The notes under the pieces: model-generated | What the model was told of the DNA's origin: nothing | Databases searched by the model: none | What the model saw: the letters and a program-made list of their open reading frames with translations, nothing else | Made by a program: the position numbers and the translations under genes | Assembly (NCBI GenBank): GCA_902511185.1 | Contig: CABXEK010000001.1 | Location: forward strand, 6,645 to 70,644 | DNA length: 64,000 nucleotides | Source: an uncultured Pelagibacteraceae bacterium | Lineage (GTDB): Bacteria; Pseudomonadota; Alphaproteobacteria; Pelagibacterales; Pelagibacteraceae | Direction: 5' to 3' | In this document: one piece after another, positions 34,401 to 45,393 of the stretch | How the letters are laid out: each line of letters opens with the position of its first letter | Numbering within the stretch: the stretch's first letter is position 1

Positions 34401-35554
34401 TAATTTAATATTCTTTTATACTCTGAATAAGTAGAAAAGCACATTTTTTCAACATTAAATTTTTGAATTATGTTTTTTCTTCCTTCTTTACCTATCGATT
34501 GTAGTGATGGTTCATCCATAGAAAGTACTTTTAAAATTTTTACACTTAATGATTTTGCGTTGTTAGACTCAAATAAAAATCCAGTTTTTTCGTCAATTAT
34601 AGTTTCATTAGACCCACCTATATTGCTTGCAATTATTGGTCTTTCCATTGATTGAGCTTCAACCGCTACTCTTCCAAAAGCTTCAGGCTCAATTGAAGCC
34701 GATACCACAATATCCGAAACTTTATAGGCTAAGGCCATATCTTTACAATGATCAATAAATTTTACCTGATTAATTAATCTATACTGCTCTGTAAGTCTGA
34801 TAAGTTTTTTTTTATATAAATCTCTACCTTGATCACTTCCAAGTATTACTGCATAAAAAGCCTCGTATCCAAGTTCAGTATTCACTAAATTAATTGCCTC
34901 TATAAAAACTTCTTGCCCCTTCCATCCTGTTAGTCTTCCAGGTAAAAGAATTATTTTTTTGTCTTTTTCTATTTGCCATTCTTTTAATAGTTTTTTTTCA
35001 TCATTATCTAATTTGGTAGTTGGATCAAAATAATCAACGTTGATACCTCTAAAAATAACTAAAAGTTTTTTTTTAGCATCAAGATATTTTGTATAATTTT
35101 CTTTAATGTGAGAAAAAATAAAATTAGATCCAGCAATAATTAGATGCGCTCTAACCATGACAGAATTATAGAATTTTTTAAGATTATTTTGAAAATTATA
35201 GGTTCCATGGAATGTTGTAACAAATTTCCGACCTGTAACTTTAGTTGCTAAAAAACATGACCATGCAGGAGCACGGCTTCTAGCATGTACTATAGAAATA
35301 TTGTGTAGCAAAATAATTCCAACCAATAAAATAAAATTCATTATTACTAGTAATGGATTTTTGCTATGAACAGGTAGTCTAAAAACTTTAACTTTTTTTT
35401 TATTAACAAATTTTAGTAATTCTCCTCCACTAGTAACAATAAAGGACCCGCAGTTATTTTCTGATAGATAATGAGCAATATCATAACAGCCTGTTTCTGC
35501 TCCTCCATATCCTAATTTAGGTATAACTTGTAAAACTTTTAAATTAGAAGACAT
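34400..35554 (-). CDS. glycosyltransferase family 4 protein
   Basis: GGAE, HARSRAPAW, PGRLTGWKG and EAFGRVAVEA motifs. Confidence 0.93.
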   Translation of the reverse strand: MSSNLKVLQVIPKLGYGGAETGCYDIAHYLSENNCGSFIVTSGGELLKFVNKKKVKVFRLPVHSKNPLLVIMNFILLVGIILLHNISIVHARSRAPAWSCFLATKVTGRKFVTTFHGTYNFQNNLKKFYNSVMVRAHLIIAGSNFIFSHIKENYTKYLDAKKKLLVIFRGINVDYFDPTTKLDNDEKKLLKEWQIEKDKKIILLPGRLTGWKGQEVFIEAINLVNTELGYEAFYAVILGSDQGRDLYKKKLIRLTEQYRLINQVKFIDHCKDMALAYKVSDIVVSASIEPEAFGRVAVEAQSMERPIIASNIGGSNETIIDEKTGFLFESNNAKSLSVKILKVLSMDEPSLQSIGKEGRKNIIQKFNVEKMCFSTYSEYKRILN

Positions 35555-35596
35555 TTGATATGATTATATATTATTAGACAAAACATATAAACGATT

Positions 35597-36340
35597 ATGA
35601 GTAATTTTAAATATCATCAAATCTCAAAAACAAAGAAAATAAGATATATTTATAGCTCATATAAAAATACACCATTTTTAGTTTTTTTACATGGCTTCAT
35701 GTCTGATTTAGAAGGTAAAAAACCAAATGCTTTTTTAAAATTTGCAAAAAAAAATAAATTAAGTCTTTTAGCTCTTGAATATTCAGGACATGGAAAATCA
35801 TCAGGAAAATTTATAAATGGTAATATTACAAAATGGAGCAATGAAACATCGGCTATCATAAAAAAGTTTGTTAAAAAGAATAACTTTATTATTGTTGGCT
35901 CAAGTATGGGCTCATGGTTAGCCCTTAAACAATTTCAGAAATTTAAATTTCAAATAAAAGGATTTTTGGGTATTGGTTCTGCGCCTGAGTTTTTAGAAAA
36001 TTTGATGTGGAAAAAATTCACAAAAAAAATGAAGTCTGAAGTTATTCAAAAAGGAATTATACAATTAAAACATGGCAACTATGAATATCCAATTACTCTT
36101 CAATTATTAAAAGATGGTCGAAAAAATAAAGTTTTAAATAAAAAAATAAATTCCAAAATATATGTAACTATGGTCCACGGTCAGAAAGATGAAGTAGTGC
36201 CAGTTAATTATTCAAGAAAAGTTTTAAAACTTTTTCCAAAAGCGAAAAAAAAATTAGTTATTGTTAAAAGTGGTGACCACAGTTTATCAAGTCAAAAATG
36301 GCTTAGAATAATAATAAAAGAACTTAAATTGATTATTTAA
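35597..36340 (+). CDS. alpha/beta hydrolase (ABHD10-like)
   Basis: HGFMSD..G.K, YSGHGKS, GSSMG nucleophile, HGQKD and GDHSLS. Confidence 0.9.
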   Translation: MSNFKYHQISKTKKIRYIYSSYKNTPFLVFLHGFMSDLEGKKPNAFLKFAKKNKLSLLALEYSGHGKSSGKFINGNITKWSNETSAIIKKFVKKNNFIIVGSSMGSWLALKQFQKFKFQIKGFLGIGSAPEFLENLMWKKFTKKMKSEVIQKGIIQLKHGNYEYPITLQLLKDGRKNKVLNKKINSKIYVTMVHGQKDEVVPVNYSRKVLKLFPKAKKKLVIVKSGDHSLSSQKWLRIIIKELKLII

Positions 36341-39300
36341 CTAACTTCTTTAATAACTGATTTGAGACTTATTGGGTTACTAAGCTTATCTAGCATTTCT
36401 TTTGGACAAACTTGTACAAAATTCTTTAGCTCTTCTTCATAATTTTCAATTAATAATTTTGATAAATTAGATCCTGTTTCCTCAGAATGCTCTTTAATTA
36501 AATTGTTAAGATAGGCTTTCCAATAATCTGTTTCTACATTTTGCCATACAACAGATTCATTGTTTACTTTTTTTTGAAATTCTCTTGATTTGTCATAAAT
36601 AAACGCCATTCCTCCAGTCATACCAGCTGCAAAATTATCACCAACATCGCCTAAAATTACTACCGTTCCTCCTGTCATATATTCACAACCATTAGAATCA
36701 CATCCTTCAATTACGGTAGTTGCTCCAGAATTTCGAACAGCAAATCTTTCACCTGCTTGTCCAGCTGCAAATAATTTTCCTGAAGTAGCGCCGTATAAAA
36801 CAGTATTACCTATAATGGTGTTTTCATTTGAAATTAAATTACTTTCATCAGATAATTTAATTGAAATTGTTGCACCTGATAATCCTTTACCTACATAATC
36901 ATTAGCATCTCCTTTAAGAACAAGTTTTAATCCTTTTGCAGAAAAAGCACCGAATGACTGTCCTGCTGATCCTTTGAAATTTAATACTAAAAAGTTTTCA
37001 TTAAGCTTTTCATAACCATATTTTTTATAAAGATGATGAGATATTCTTGTTCCAACAGCTCTATTAGTATTTTTAATAACGTATTCTTTTTCAACCTTTT
37101 CAGAATTATCTAAAATTTTTTCAATCTCCGGCCAAATTTCTTGGTCAAGTGTATCAGGCACATAATTTATTTCCTGACTTTCACAATATCTTTTATTGTT
37201 TCCATTATCTGCCTGTACGAAAAGTGGATTTAAATCTAAATCATCAAGATTTGGAGAAGCTTTACTAATCTGCCTTAATAGATCTGTTCTTCCAATAATA
37301 TCATTCAATGATTTAAAACCGAGGTTTGCTAAAATTTCTCTCACTTCAGATGCTATAAAAGTGAATAAGTTAACTACTTTATCCGGAGTGCCTGTAAATT
37401 TTTCTCTAAGTTTTTCATCTTGAGTACAAACACCAACGGGACATGTATTTGAATGACATTGTCTAACCATGATACATCCCATCGCAACTAAAGCCGTGGT
37501 TGCTACACCATACTCTTCAGCTCCCATCATTGCTGCAATAACAACATCTCTTCCCGTTTTAATTCCTCCATCAGTTCTTAAAGTAACTTTGTGTCTAAGA
37601 TTGTTTAAGGTTAAAACTTGATTGGCCTCTGTTAAGCCCATTTCCCATGGTATTCCTACGTACTTAACACTAGTTTGTGGTGTTGCACCTGTCCCACCAT
37701 TGTGTCCTGATATCAATATTATATCTGCTTTTGCTTTAGCAACACCAGCTGCGATTGTTCCTACACCTGATGAAGCGACAAGTTTAACCCCAATTCTTGC
37801 TTTAGGATTTATTTGTTTTAAATCATAAATAAGCTGAGCAAGATCTTCTATTGAATAAATATCGTGATGTGGTGGAGGTGATATTAAAGTAACTCCAGGT
37901 GTTGAATGTCTTAGTTTTGCAATCTCATCAGTAACTTTAAAACCTGGTAGTTGCCCACCTTCTCCGGGTTTTGCTCCTTGAGCTATTTTAATTTCAATTT
38001 CATTACAATTATTTAAATAATTAACTGTTACCCCAAATCTTGCTGAAGCTATTTGTTTTACTCTAGAATTTGCACTGTCGCCATTTTCTAGAACTTTAAA
38101 CCTACGCTCATCTTCTCCACCTTCACCACTACAAGAGGCACCTTTAATTCTATTCATTCCAGTAGCTAGGGTTTCGTGAGCTTCTTTTGAAAGTGCTCCA
38201 TGTGACATACTTCCGCTTCCAAATCTTTTAAGAATATTTTGTATCGGCTCAACTTCAGAGATATCAATCGATCCTTTCAATTTTTTTGATCTGAAATCAA
38301 TTAAATCCCTCAAATTTATTGGTGGCAAATTATATATTCCTTCTGCGTATCTTTTGTATGCCTCATAAGAATTTGATCCTACAGCGCTTTGTAATAAATG
38401 AATTAATTTTCCTTGATATTGATGCGTCTCTCCGTTCTTACGATATCTATATATTCCACCTATTGGCAAAATAGTTTCAGAACTTTCAAACGCTTCTTTA
38501 TGAATAGATCTAATTTTTTTTTCTATTCCTGTTAACCCAATTCCAGAAATTTTAGATACCACACCTGGAAAATAATCAGCAACAATTGTTCTACTTAATC
38601 CAACAGTTTCAAAATTACATCCACCTCTATATGAGCTCAAAACAGAAATTCCCATTTTAGACATAATTTTTAATAGACCTGCATTTACAGATTTAATGTA
38701 TCTTTCCACACATTCATCAAAACTAAATTTTCCAAAAAGTTTTTTTTCATGTCTTTGATATAAGCTGTCAAAAGCAAGGTATGGGTTTACCGTAGTTGCA
38801 CCCACACCAATTAAAGTAGCGAATGAGTGTGTATCTAATGCTTCTCCAGATTGAGCATTTATAGAAACATATCCTCTTAATTTTTTTTCTATTAAGAATG
38901 AATTGATTGCACCTACGCATAACAGCATAGGAATAGGTAAATTAGATTCTGATAATCCTTTATCACTCAAAATTAATTGGGTAATGCCTTGTCTTACAGC
39001 GATTTCAGCATCTTTTTGGACTTGTTTTATTGCCTCAAATAAAGACTGATCTTTAGAAAAAGTACAATCTATAACTAAAGAATTTTTACCAAAAAAATTA
39101 ATAAATTTATCAAATTGGGAGTTTGATAAAATTGGGCTATTTAAAACATAAATATTTTGCTTAGTTAGATTATCAAAATCCAAAATATTACCTAAATTTC
39201 CAAATCTTGTTTTTAGACTCATAACCTTATTTTCTCTAAGCGAGTCAATTGGAGGATTAGTTACTTGGCTAAAATTTTGTCTAAAAAAATGATAAAGAGG

Positions 39301-40842
39301 TCTATATTTATCAGATAGTACTGCAAGAGGGGTATCGTCACCCATAGAGCCAATCGCCTCCTTTGCATCTTCAGCCATTGGGTGTAAAATTAGCTCTAAG
39401 TCTTCAAGACTCATTCCAAATGTGTACTGTCTTCTTCTTAAATCATCTCCAGAAAATGAATGCTTTTCTCCAGAAATAGTAATTTTTTCATCTAAATCAA
39501 TAATTTGAGAATTAAAGTGTTTGTATTCTTTAGCTAAATAATCTTTGATTTTACTATTAGTAAATACTTTCCCCTTTTCAATTCTAACCCCAATTATTTC
39601 TCCTGGGCCTAATCTTCCCTTAGTTAAAATTTTCTTTTCGTTAAGTTCAATCATTCCTGTTTCTGAACCTGCAAATAATAAATTATCTTTAGTGATTGCA
39701 TATCTTAATGGTCTCAATCCATTTCTATCATTTGCAGCGATTACCCATTCATTATCTGTTCCAGCAATAGCCGCAGGCCCATCCCAAGGTTCCATAGTAC
39801 TATTTAGAAAATTAAACAATTGTTGATGATCTCTAGATAAAGTTTTATTTTTTTTAGACCAAGCATCTGGTACTAACATTAATTTTGCTAAAGGTGCTGG
39901 TTGACCTGAAATATTTAATAATTCAAAAACATTATCTAATGCGGCTGAGTCTGATACCCCCTGTTGAATTACTGGTTTTAAATTTTCAATATTATCAAAA
40001 AGTGGACTGTTCATTTCTTGTTCATGAACCTTCATCCAATTTTTATTACCACGATATGTATTGATTTCTCCATTATGGGCAATGGCTCTAAAAGGTTGAG
40101 CTAGATTCCAGCTAGGTGCTGTATTTGTAGAAAATCTTTGGTGAAAAATTGCATATCTAGAAACAAATCTCTCATCTTTTAAATCTAAAAAGAAATCTGA
40201 AATAGCTTCTGCTAAAAACATTCCCTTATAAATGATTGATTTTGAACTAAGAGAACAAATATAAAAATTATTTAAAGAAATCTTAAAGGCTTTATTTTCA
40301 ATTATTCTTCTTGTTTCATAAATTTTTCTCTCAAGATCTTTATTCAATAATTCTGGATTATTTGATTTAAAAAGTACTTGAATAATTTCAGGCATTGTCT
40401 GATATGCTTTTTCACCTAAGACCTTTGGGTTGACTGGAACTTGTCTCCAACCATAAATACTAAAATCATTTTTTGTTAATTCGCTCTCAACTATTGTTTT
40501 GCAGCTTTCTTGTGCCGCATAATCATTTCTCGGTAAGAAAATCATTCCAACACAGATTTCTGAATTATCATAGGTGTGACCTGTGACTTCTATTTTTTCT
40601 ATAAAGAAATCTTTTGGAATTTCTACATGTATTCCAGCACCATCACCTGTTTTTCCATCAGCATCAACTGCTCCTCTGTGCCAAACTGCTTTTAAAGCTT
40701 CAATTCCATATTCAACAACTTTACGAGATTTTTTTCCCTCTGTAGACGCAATTAAACCAACACCACAAGCATCGTGTTCCATCTCTTCAGAATAGACATA
40801 GTTTTTTTTTAATATTTCTAAATTTTTTTTATAATTTTCCAT
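36337..40842 (-). CDS. gltB: glutamate synthase large subunit
   Basis: DACGVG, HQRFSTNT, HNGEINT, QGAKPGEGGQLPG and GCIMVRQCHSNTCPVG motifs. Confidence 0.99.
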   Translation of the reverse strand: MENYKKNLEILKKNYVYSEEMEHDACGVGLIASTEGKKSRKVVEYGIEALKAVWHRGAVDADGKTGDGAGIHVEIPKDFFIEKIEVTGHTYDNSEICVGMIFLPRNDYAAQESCKTIVESELTKNDFSIYGWRQVPVNPKVLGEKAYQTMPEIIQVLFKSNNPELLNKDLERKIYETRRIIENKAFKISLNNFYICSLSSKSIIYKGMFLAEAISDFFLDLKDERFVSRYAIFHQRFSTNTAPSWNLAQPFRAIAHNGEINTYRGNKNWMKVHEQEMNSPLFDNIENLKPVIQQGVSDSAALDNVFELLNISGQPAPLAKLMLVPDAWSKKNKTLSRDHQQLFNFLNSTMEPWDGPAAIAGTDNEWVIAANDRNGLRPLRYAITKDNLLFAGSETGMIELNEKKILTKGRLGPGEIIGVRIEKGKVFTNSKIKDYLAKEYKHFNSQIIDLDEKITISGEKHSFSGDDLRRRQYTFGMSLEDLELILHPMAEDAKEAIGSMGDDTPLAVLSDKYRPLYHFFRQNFSQVTNPPIDSLRENKVMSLKTRFGNLGNILDFDNLTKQNIYVLNSPILSNSQFDKFINFFGKNSLVIDCTFSKDQSLFEAIKQVQKDAEIAVRQGITQLILSDKGLSESNLPIPMLLCVGAINSFLIEKKLRGYVSINAQSGEALDTHSFATLIGVGATTVNPYLAFDSLYQRHEKKLFGKFSFDECVERYIKSVNAGLLKIMSKMGISVLSSYRGGCNFETVGLSRTIVADYFPGVVSKISGIGLTGIEKKIRSIHKEAFESSETILPIGGIYRYRKNGETHQYQGKLIHLLQSAVGSNSYEAYKRYAEGIYNLPPINLRDLIDFRSKKLKGSIDISEVEPIQNILKRFGSGSMSHGALSKEAHETLATGMNRIKGASCSGEGGEDERRFKVLENGDSANSRVKQIASARFGVTVNYLNNCNEIEIKIAQGAKPGEGGQLPGFKVTDEIAKLRHSTPGVTLISPPPHHDIYSIEDLAQLIYDLKQINPKARIGVKLVASSGVGTIAAGVAKAKADIILISGHNGGTGATPQTSVKYVGIPWEMGLTEANQVLTLNNLRHKVTLRTDGGIKTGRDVVIAAMMGAEEYGVATTALVAMGCIMVRQCHSNTCPVGVCTQDEKLREKFTGTPDKVVNLFTFIASEVREILANLGFKSLNDIIGRTDLLRQISKASPNLDDLDLNPLFVQADNGNNKRYCESQEINYVPDTLDQEIWPEIEKILDNSEKVEKEYVIKNTNRAVGTRISHHLYKKYGYEKLNENFLVLNFKGSAGQSFGAFSAKGLKLVLKGDANDYVGKGLSGATISIKLSDESNLISNENTIIGNTVLYGATSGKLFAAGQAGERFAVRNSGATTVIEGCDSNGCEYMTGGTVVILGDVGDNFAAGMTGGMAFIYDKSREFQKKVNNESVVWQNVETDYWKAYLNNLIKEHSEETGSNLSKLLIENYEEELKNFVQVCPKEMLDKLSNPISLKSVIKEVS

Positions 40843-42281
40843 TAAGCTACTTTTGAATGTTTTAATTCTTTATTTTCTAGGTATTTTTTAATCGAAGCTG
40901 CTGCATCTCTTCCATCTTTTATCGCCCAAACAACTAAAGATGCTCCTCTAACTATGTCTCCTGCAGCAAAAACTCCGTTCAGATTTGTTTCCATTGTATC
41001 AAAATCTGTTTTCACAGTTCCCCATTTTGTCACTTGTAATTCATTAGAGTCAAACAAAGTAGGCAAATCTTCAGGATCAAAGCCTAAAGCCTTAATAACC
41101 ATATCTGTTTTAATCTCAAAACTTGAGTCTTGCTGAACCTCAGGTTTTCTTCTTCCACTTTCATCAGAATCACCTAATTTTATCTGGTCAACAATTAATT
41201 TTTCAACTTTGTTAGTTCCCTTAAATTCTTTAGGGCTTGATAGCCAAACAAATTCAACACCTTCCTCTTCAGCATTAGCAACCTCTCTTGCTGATCCAGG
41301 CATATTCTCTTTATCTCTTCTATATAAACATTTAACTGATTTTGCTTTTTGTCTTATTGATGTTCTTACGCAGTCCATTGCAGTATCACCACCACCAATT
41401 ACAACAATATCTTTTCCTTCTGCATTTAAAATTCCTTTATCAAATAATTCTACTTTATCGCCTAATCCTTTTTTATTTGATGCTGTTAAAAAATCCATTG
41501 CAGGGAAAATATTGTTTAGGTCATTACCTGGAAGTTCTACCTCTCGAGCTTTATAAACTCCTGTTGCAATTAAAATTGCGTCATGTTTTTTTCTTAATTG
41601 TTCTAAGCTTGCATCTTTTCCTACTTCAAAATTTTGAATAAACTCTATTCCTCCATCTTTTAAAAGTTTAGTTCTTCTCTCAACAATTTCTTTTTCAAGC
41701 TTAAAATTTGGTATTCCATAAATTAATAATCCACCAGCCCTATCATATCTGTCATAAACTGTGATTTTGTATCCATTTTTTCTTAGTTCTTCAGCTGCAG
41801 CTAAGCCAGCTGGTCCAGCGCCTATTATTCCTACACTTTGATTTTTTTCATTAGAAACATTTATAGGTTTTACCCAACCTTGCTCCCAAGCATTATCGGT
41901 AATATATTTTTCCATTGAACCAATGGTTACTGTTCCATGGCCAGACTGTTCTATAACACAATTTCCTTCGCACAACCTATCTTGTGGGCATATTCTTCCA
42001 CAGACTTCTGGCATATTATTTGTACTTTGAGATAATTCGTAAGCTTCCTTAAGTCTTCCCTCAGCAGTTAGCTTTAGCCAATCAGGAATATTATTACTTA
42101 ATGGACAATGTACTTGGCAAAAAGGAACACCACACTGAGAACATCTGCTAGATTGTTCTTTTGCTTTATCACCAATAAATTCATCATAAATTTCATTAAA
42201 GTCTTTTTTTCTAACATCAATCTCTCTTTTAGGTGGGGTTTGTTGACCTATTTTTACAAATTTTAGCATTTTATCAGTCAT
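40842..42281 (-). CDS. gltD: glutamate synthase small subunit
   Basis: RCSQCGVPFCQVHCP, GRICPQDRLCE, GAGPAG and GGGDTAMD motifs. Confidence 0.98.
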   Translation of the reverse strand: MTDKMLKFVKIGQQTPPKREIDVRKKDFNEIYDEFIGDKAKEQSSRCSQCGVPFCQVHCPLSNNIPDWLKLTAEGRLKEAYELSQSTNNMPEVCGRICPQDRLCEGNCVIEQSGHGTVTIGSMEKYITDNAWEQGWVKPINVSNEKNQSVGIIGAGPAGLAAAEELRKNGYKITVYDRYDRAGGLLIYGIPNFKLEKEIVERRTKLLKDGGIEFIQNFEVGKDASLEQLRKKHDAILIATGVYKAREVELPGNDLNNIFPAMDFLTASNKKGLGDKVELFDKGILNAEGKDIVVIGGGDTAMDCVRTSIRQKAKSVKCLYRRDKENMPGSAREVANAEEEGVEFVWLSSPKEFKGTNKVEKLIVDQIKLGDSDESGRRKPEVQQDSSFEIKTDMVIKALGFDPEDLPTLFDSNELQVTKWGTVKTDFDTMETNLNGVFAAGDIVRGASLVVWAIKDGRDAAASIKKYLENKELKHSKVA

Positions 42282-42338
42282 AATTTTTTGTAATTAATGG
42301 CAAACTATATATTGTTTTTATTAAATAAAGCTTAAAAT

Positions 42339-42357
42339 AGGTCAGTTATTATGACCT
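42339..42357. promoter_or_regulatory. palindromic operator-like site AGGTCA-N7-TGACCT upstream of gltD
   Basis: Perfect 6-bp inverted repeat (extends imperfectly into AT flanks) in the divergent gltD/uppP spacer. Confidence 0.5.
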
Positions 42358-42464
42358 TATTTAACCATATAAGTTTGTAATTTATGACATTTTTAATAAT
42401 TGCATACCTAATATGCTTAAATCGAATTGTTTTAAATGAATATTTTTTAAGCTAGTTAGATAAG

Positions 42465-43229
42465 ATGTTTCAAAATGTTATAGAAGTTTTAATACTCTCG
42501 GCTATTCAAGGCATATCAGAATTTTTACCAATAAGTTCTTCAGCACACTTAATATTAGTTTCAAGCTTATATGAATTTAAATCTAGCTCATTATTAATAG
42601 ATATAAGTCTTCACCTTGGTTCCTTATTTGCAATTATCTATTTTTTTAGAGTGGACTTATTAAATATCAAAAATAATAAAAGACTTTTAAGCCTAATTAT
42701 TCTTGGGTCAATTCCATTAATAATTATTGGATATATATTGTATTCAACTGGAATCATTTATGAACTTAGAAATATTAAAATTATAGCGTGGACAACTCTA
42801 ATTTTTGGTGTTGTACTATTTATTGCAGATAGGAATCAATTTGATAAAAAAATTTCTTCAAATTTAGATCTTCGATCAATTCTATTTATAAGTTTATTTC
42901 AGATTCTTTCTTTGGTGCCAGGAGTAAGTAGGGCAGGTATAACTATTACAGCTGCAAGAATATTAAGATTTAATAGATCAGACTCGAGTAAAATATCATT
43001 TTTACTTTCTATTCCAGCTTTAGGGGGCGCAAGTTTTTTAGGATTAAAAGATGTGTTTTCTCAATCGGTTGATTTTAACTATTTAGTAGTTATTGCAATT
43101 ATATCATCATTTATTTTTTCTTTTATGACCGTAAAATTTTTTTTAATTTATATAAATAAATTTTCAATGAATGCGTTTGTTATTTATAGAATATTAATAG
43201 CTTTGATTTTATTTGCTATAATTTATTAA
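42465..43229 (+). CDS. uppP: undecaprenyl-diphosphate phosphatase
   Basis: QGISEFLPISSSAH, PGVSRAG and SFLLSIP motifs. Confidence 0.97.
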   Translation: MFQNVIEVLILSAIQGISEFLPISSSAHLILVSSLYEFKSSSLLIDISLHLGSLFAIIYFFRVDLLNIKNNKRLLSLIILGSIPLIIIGYILYSTGIIYELRNIKIIAWTTLIFGVVLFIADRNQFDKKISSNLDLRSILFISLFQILSLVPGVSRAGITITAARILRFNRSDSSKISFLLSIPALGGASFLGLKDVFSQSVDFNYLVVIAIISSFIFSFMTVKFFLIYINKFSMNAFVIYRILIALILFAIIY

Positions 43230-44119
43230 GAAATTTTTTTTTGAATTAATGGTAACAATTGAGATAACAAAACACCACATAGAATAAATAAGCATCCAAG
43301 TAAATTATTAATATCTAAGATCTGATTTAAAATATACCAAGCCGCAATAGTTGCAAATACTCCTTCTAATGAAAAAATTATTGCTGCAGGGGCAGGGGTT
43401 ATATTTTTTTGGGCATAAATTTGTAGCACAAATGCAAAGCCTCCTGATAAAATTCCAGCATACAAAATAGAATTTATTTCTTTCATAATTTCTAAGTAAA
43501 CAAACTCCTCATAAATAAGTGCTATTACAAAAGAAAATAAAGCAACTATAAAAGTTTGGGCAGCTCCTAGGGTGAGTGGAAGATCATACTTATTTACAAT
43601 TATTCCTGTAAAAATTATGTGAGTGCTCCAAAATAAAGCACCAAGTATTACCAAACTATCTCCAAGTCTTACGGTTGCATCATAAAAATTTGTTAATAAA
43701 TACCCACCGATTAAACATAAAACTACAGATGGCCAAATACTCCAATGAATTGATGTTCGTTTAAATAAAAAAATAATAATTGGTACTAGGGGAACATAAA
43801 AAATTGTAAAAAACGCAGCATTAGCAACATCTGTATAAAGAAGAGCAACTTGTTGCAAAGCTGAACCTAAAAATAAAGATAAACCAATTAAAAATGAGAG
43901 ATTAAGGAAAGTTTTGCTGTCATTTTTAAACTCAGATTTGAATTTTTTTATTTCAAACAATAAAACTAATGGTGTAATAGCCAAAAAACCTATGAAAAAT
44001 CTTACAGCATTGAATGTGAATGGACCAATATTGTCCATGCCAGTGTCTTGAGCAATAAAAGTTGTGCCCCAAATAAAAGTACACAGCAAAGCACTTAATA
44101 AAGAGATAGTTTTTGACAT
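43226..44119 (-). CDS. DMT/EamA family transporter
   Basis: About 10 TM helices; IWGTTF, RF and SLEGVFA motifs. Confidence 0.92.
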   Translation of the reverse strand: MSKTISLLSALLCTFIWGTTFIAQDTGMDNIGPFTFNAVRFFIGFLAITPLVLLFEIKKFKSEFKNDSKTFLNLSFLIGLSLFLGSALQQVALLYTDVANAAFFTIFYVPLVPIIIFLFKRTSIHWSIWPSVVLCLIGGYLLTNFYDATVRLGDSLVILGALFWSTHIIFTGIIVNKYDLPLTLGAAQTFIVALFSFVIALIYEEFVYLEIMKEINSILYAGILSGGFAFVLQIYAQKNITPAPAAIIFSLEGVFATIAAWYILNQILDINNLLGCLFILCGVLLSQLLPLIQKKIS

Positions 44120-44127
44120 AACTTAAA

Positions 44128-45393
44128 TTAAACAGCTAACTTATAAGCAAAATTTTTGCCTAGATTTTCTTTTAAATCGTTATTAAATCTTGCAGCTTCT
44201 GCTCCATCAATAATTCTGTGATCATAAGACAATGATATAGGTAGCATTGTTCTTGTTTGAAACTTTCCGTTAATAAATATTTGTTTTTTTTGAGATTTAC
44301 CCACTCCCAAGATTGCAACTTCTGGAAAATTTATAATTGGAGTAAAAAACGATCCTCCTATTCCACCTAAACTAGTAATAGTCATAGAGCCTCCAAATAA
44401 TTCTTTTTTATCAATTTTTAGATTTCTACAAAGTTCACTTACTTCTTTCAATTCTTTACTAAGAAGTGAAATTTTTTTGTTATCAGCATTTCTAATTTTA
44501 GGAACCATTAAACCATTAGGTGTGTCAACTGCAATACCTATATGAAAATATTTTTTTAATGTCATTTTTCCACTTTCAATTTCATCTATAGAAGAATTAA
44601 AGCTTGGGAACTTTTTTAAAGAAGCTACTAAAGCTTTAATTATAAATACCAAAGGAGTAATTTTGATTTTCTCTCCAGTATACATGTCTGTCAGAGAACT
44701 TCTAAAGTTTTCCATCTCTGTTATATCTGCTTCATCATGATTTGTGACATGTGGTATAGTTGACCAAGAATTAGTTAAATAATTAGAAGATAGTTTTTTT
44801 ACTCTTGGAATATCTTTAATTTCAATTTCACCAAAATCAGAATGTTCAAATTCATTTTTGATTTTATTTATTTTACCTTCCTTAATTTCATGAATATTTT
44901 TTGTTGTAGATGAAACAAATCTTTTAATATCTTCCTCAACAACCCTTCCATCTTTTTCACTTCCTATAACTTGGGTAATATCTACTCCAAGTTCTCTTGC
45001 AAATTTTCGAGCTTTTGGGCTTGCAGATGCTATTTCATTAGATAAATTTTTAACTTGATTAATTGAAGTTTGTTCTGTCTCTGGTTTTATTACTTTGATT
45101 TTTTTGAACTCTTTTTCAATATTTGGCTTTTCTTCGGCATTTTTCTTTGCTGCAATTCTTTCCTCTAAAATTATTATCAAATCACCTTCAGAAACTTTAT
45201 CTCCTACTTTTATTTTTAAAGATTTGATTTTACCCTCAAAGTTAGATGGGATTTCTACGCTGGATTTATCACTTTCAATAGTGATCAATGGATCGTTTTT
45301 TTTTAGGGTTTGGCCTTCAGAAACTAGCACTTCTATTACTTCAACATCTTTAAAATCTCCAATATTTGGTACTTTAATTTCTGTTTCTGACAT
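44128..45393 (-). CDS. aceF: pyruvate dehydrogenase E2 (one lipoyl domain)
   Basis: ESDKSSVEIP lipoyl motif, ASPKARKFARELG binding domain, YDHRIIDG catalytic motif. Confidence 0.96.
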   Translation of the reverse strand: MSETEIKVPNIGDFKDVEVIEVLVSEGQTLKKNDPLITIESDKSSVEIPSNFEGKIKSLKIKVGDKVSEGDLIIILEERIAAKKNAEEKPNIEKEFKKIKVIKPETEQTSINQVKNLSNEIASASPKARKFARELGVDITQVIGSEKDGRVVEEDIKRFVSSTTKNIHEIKEGKINKIKNEFEHSDFGEIEIKDIPRVKKLSSNYLTNSWSTIPHVTNHDEADITEMENFRSSLTDMYTGEKIKITPLVFIIKALVASLKKFPSFNSSIDEIESGKMTLKKYFHIGIAVDTPNGLMVPKIRNADNKKISLLSKELKEVSELCRNLKIDKKELFGGSMTITSLGGIGGSFFTPIINFPEVAILGVGKSQKKQIFINGKFQTRTMLPISLSYDHRIIDGAEAARFNNDLKENLGKNFAYKLAV

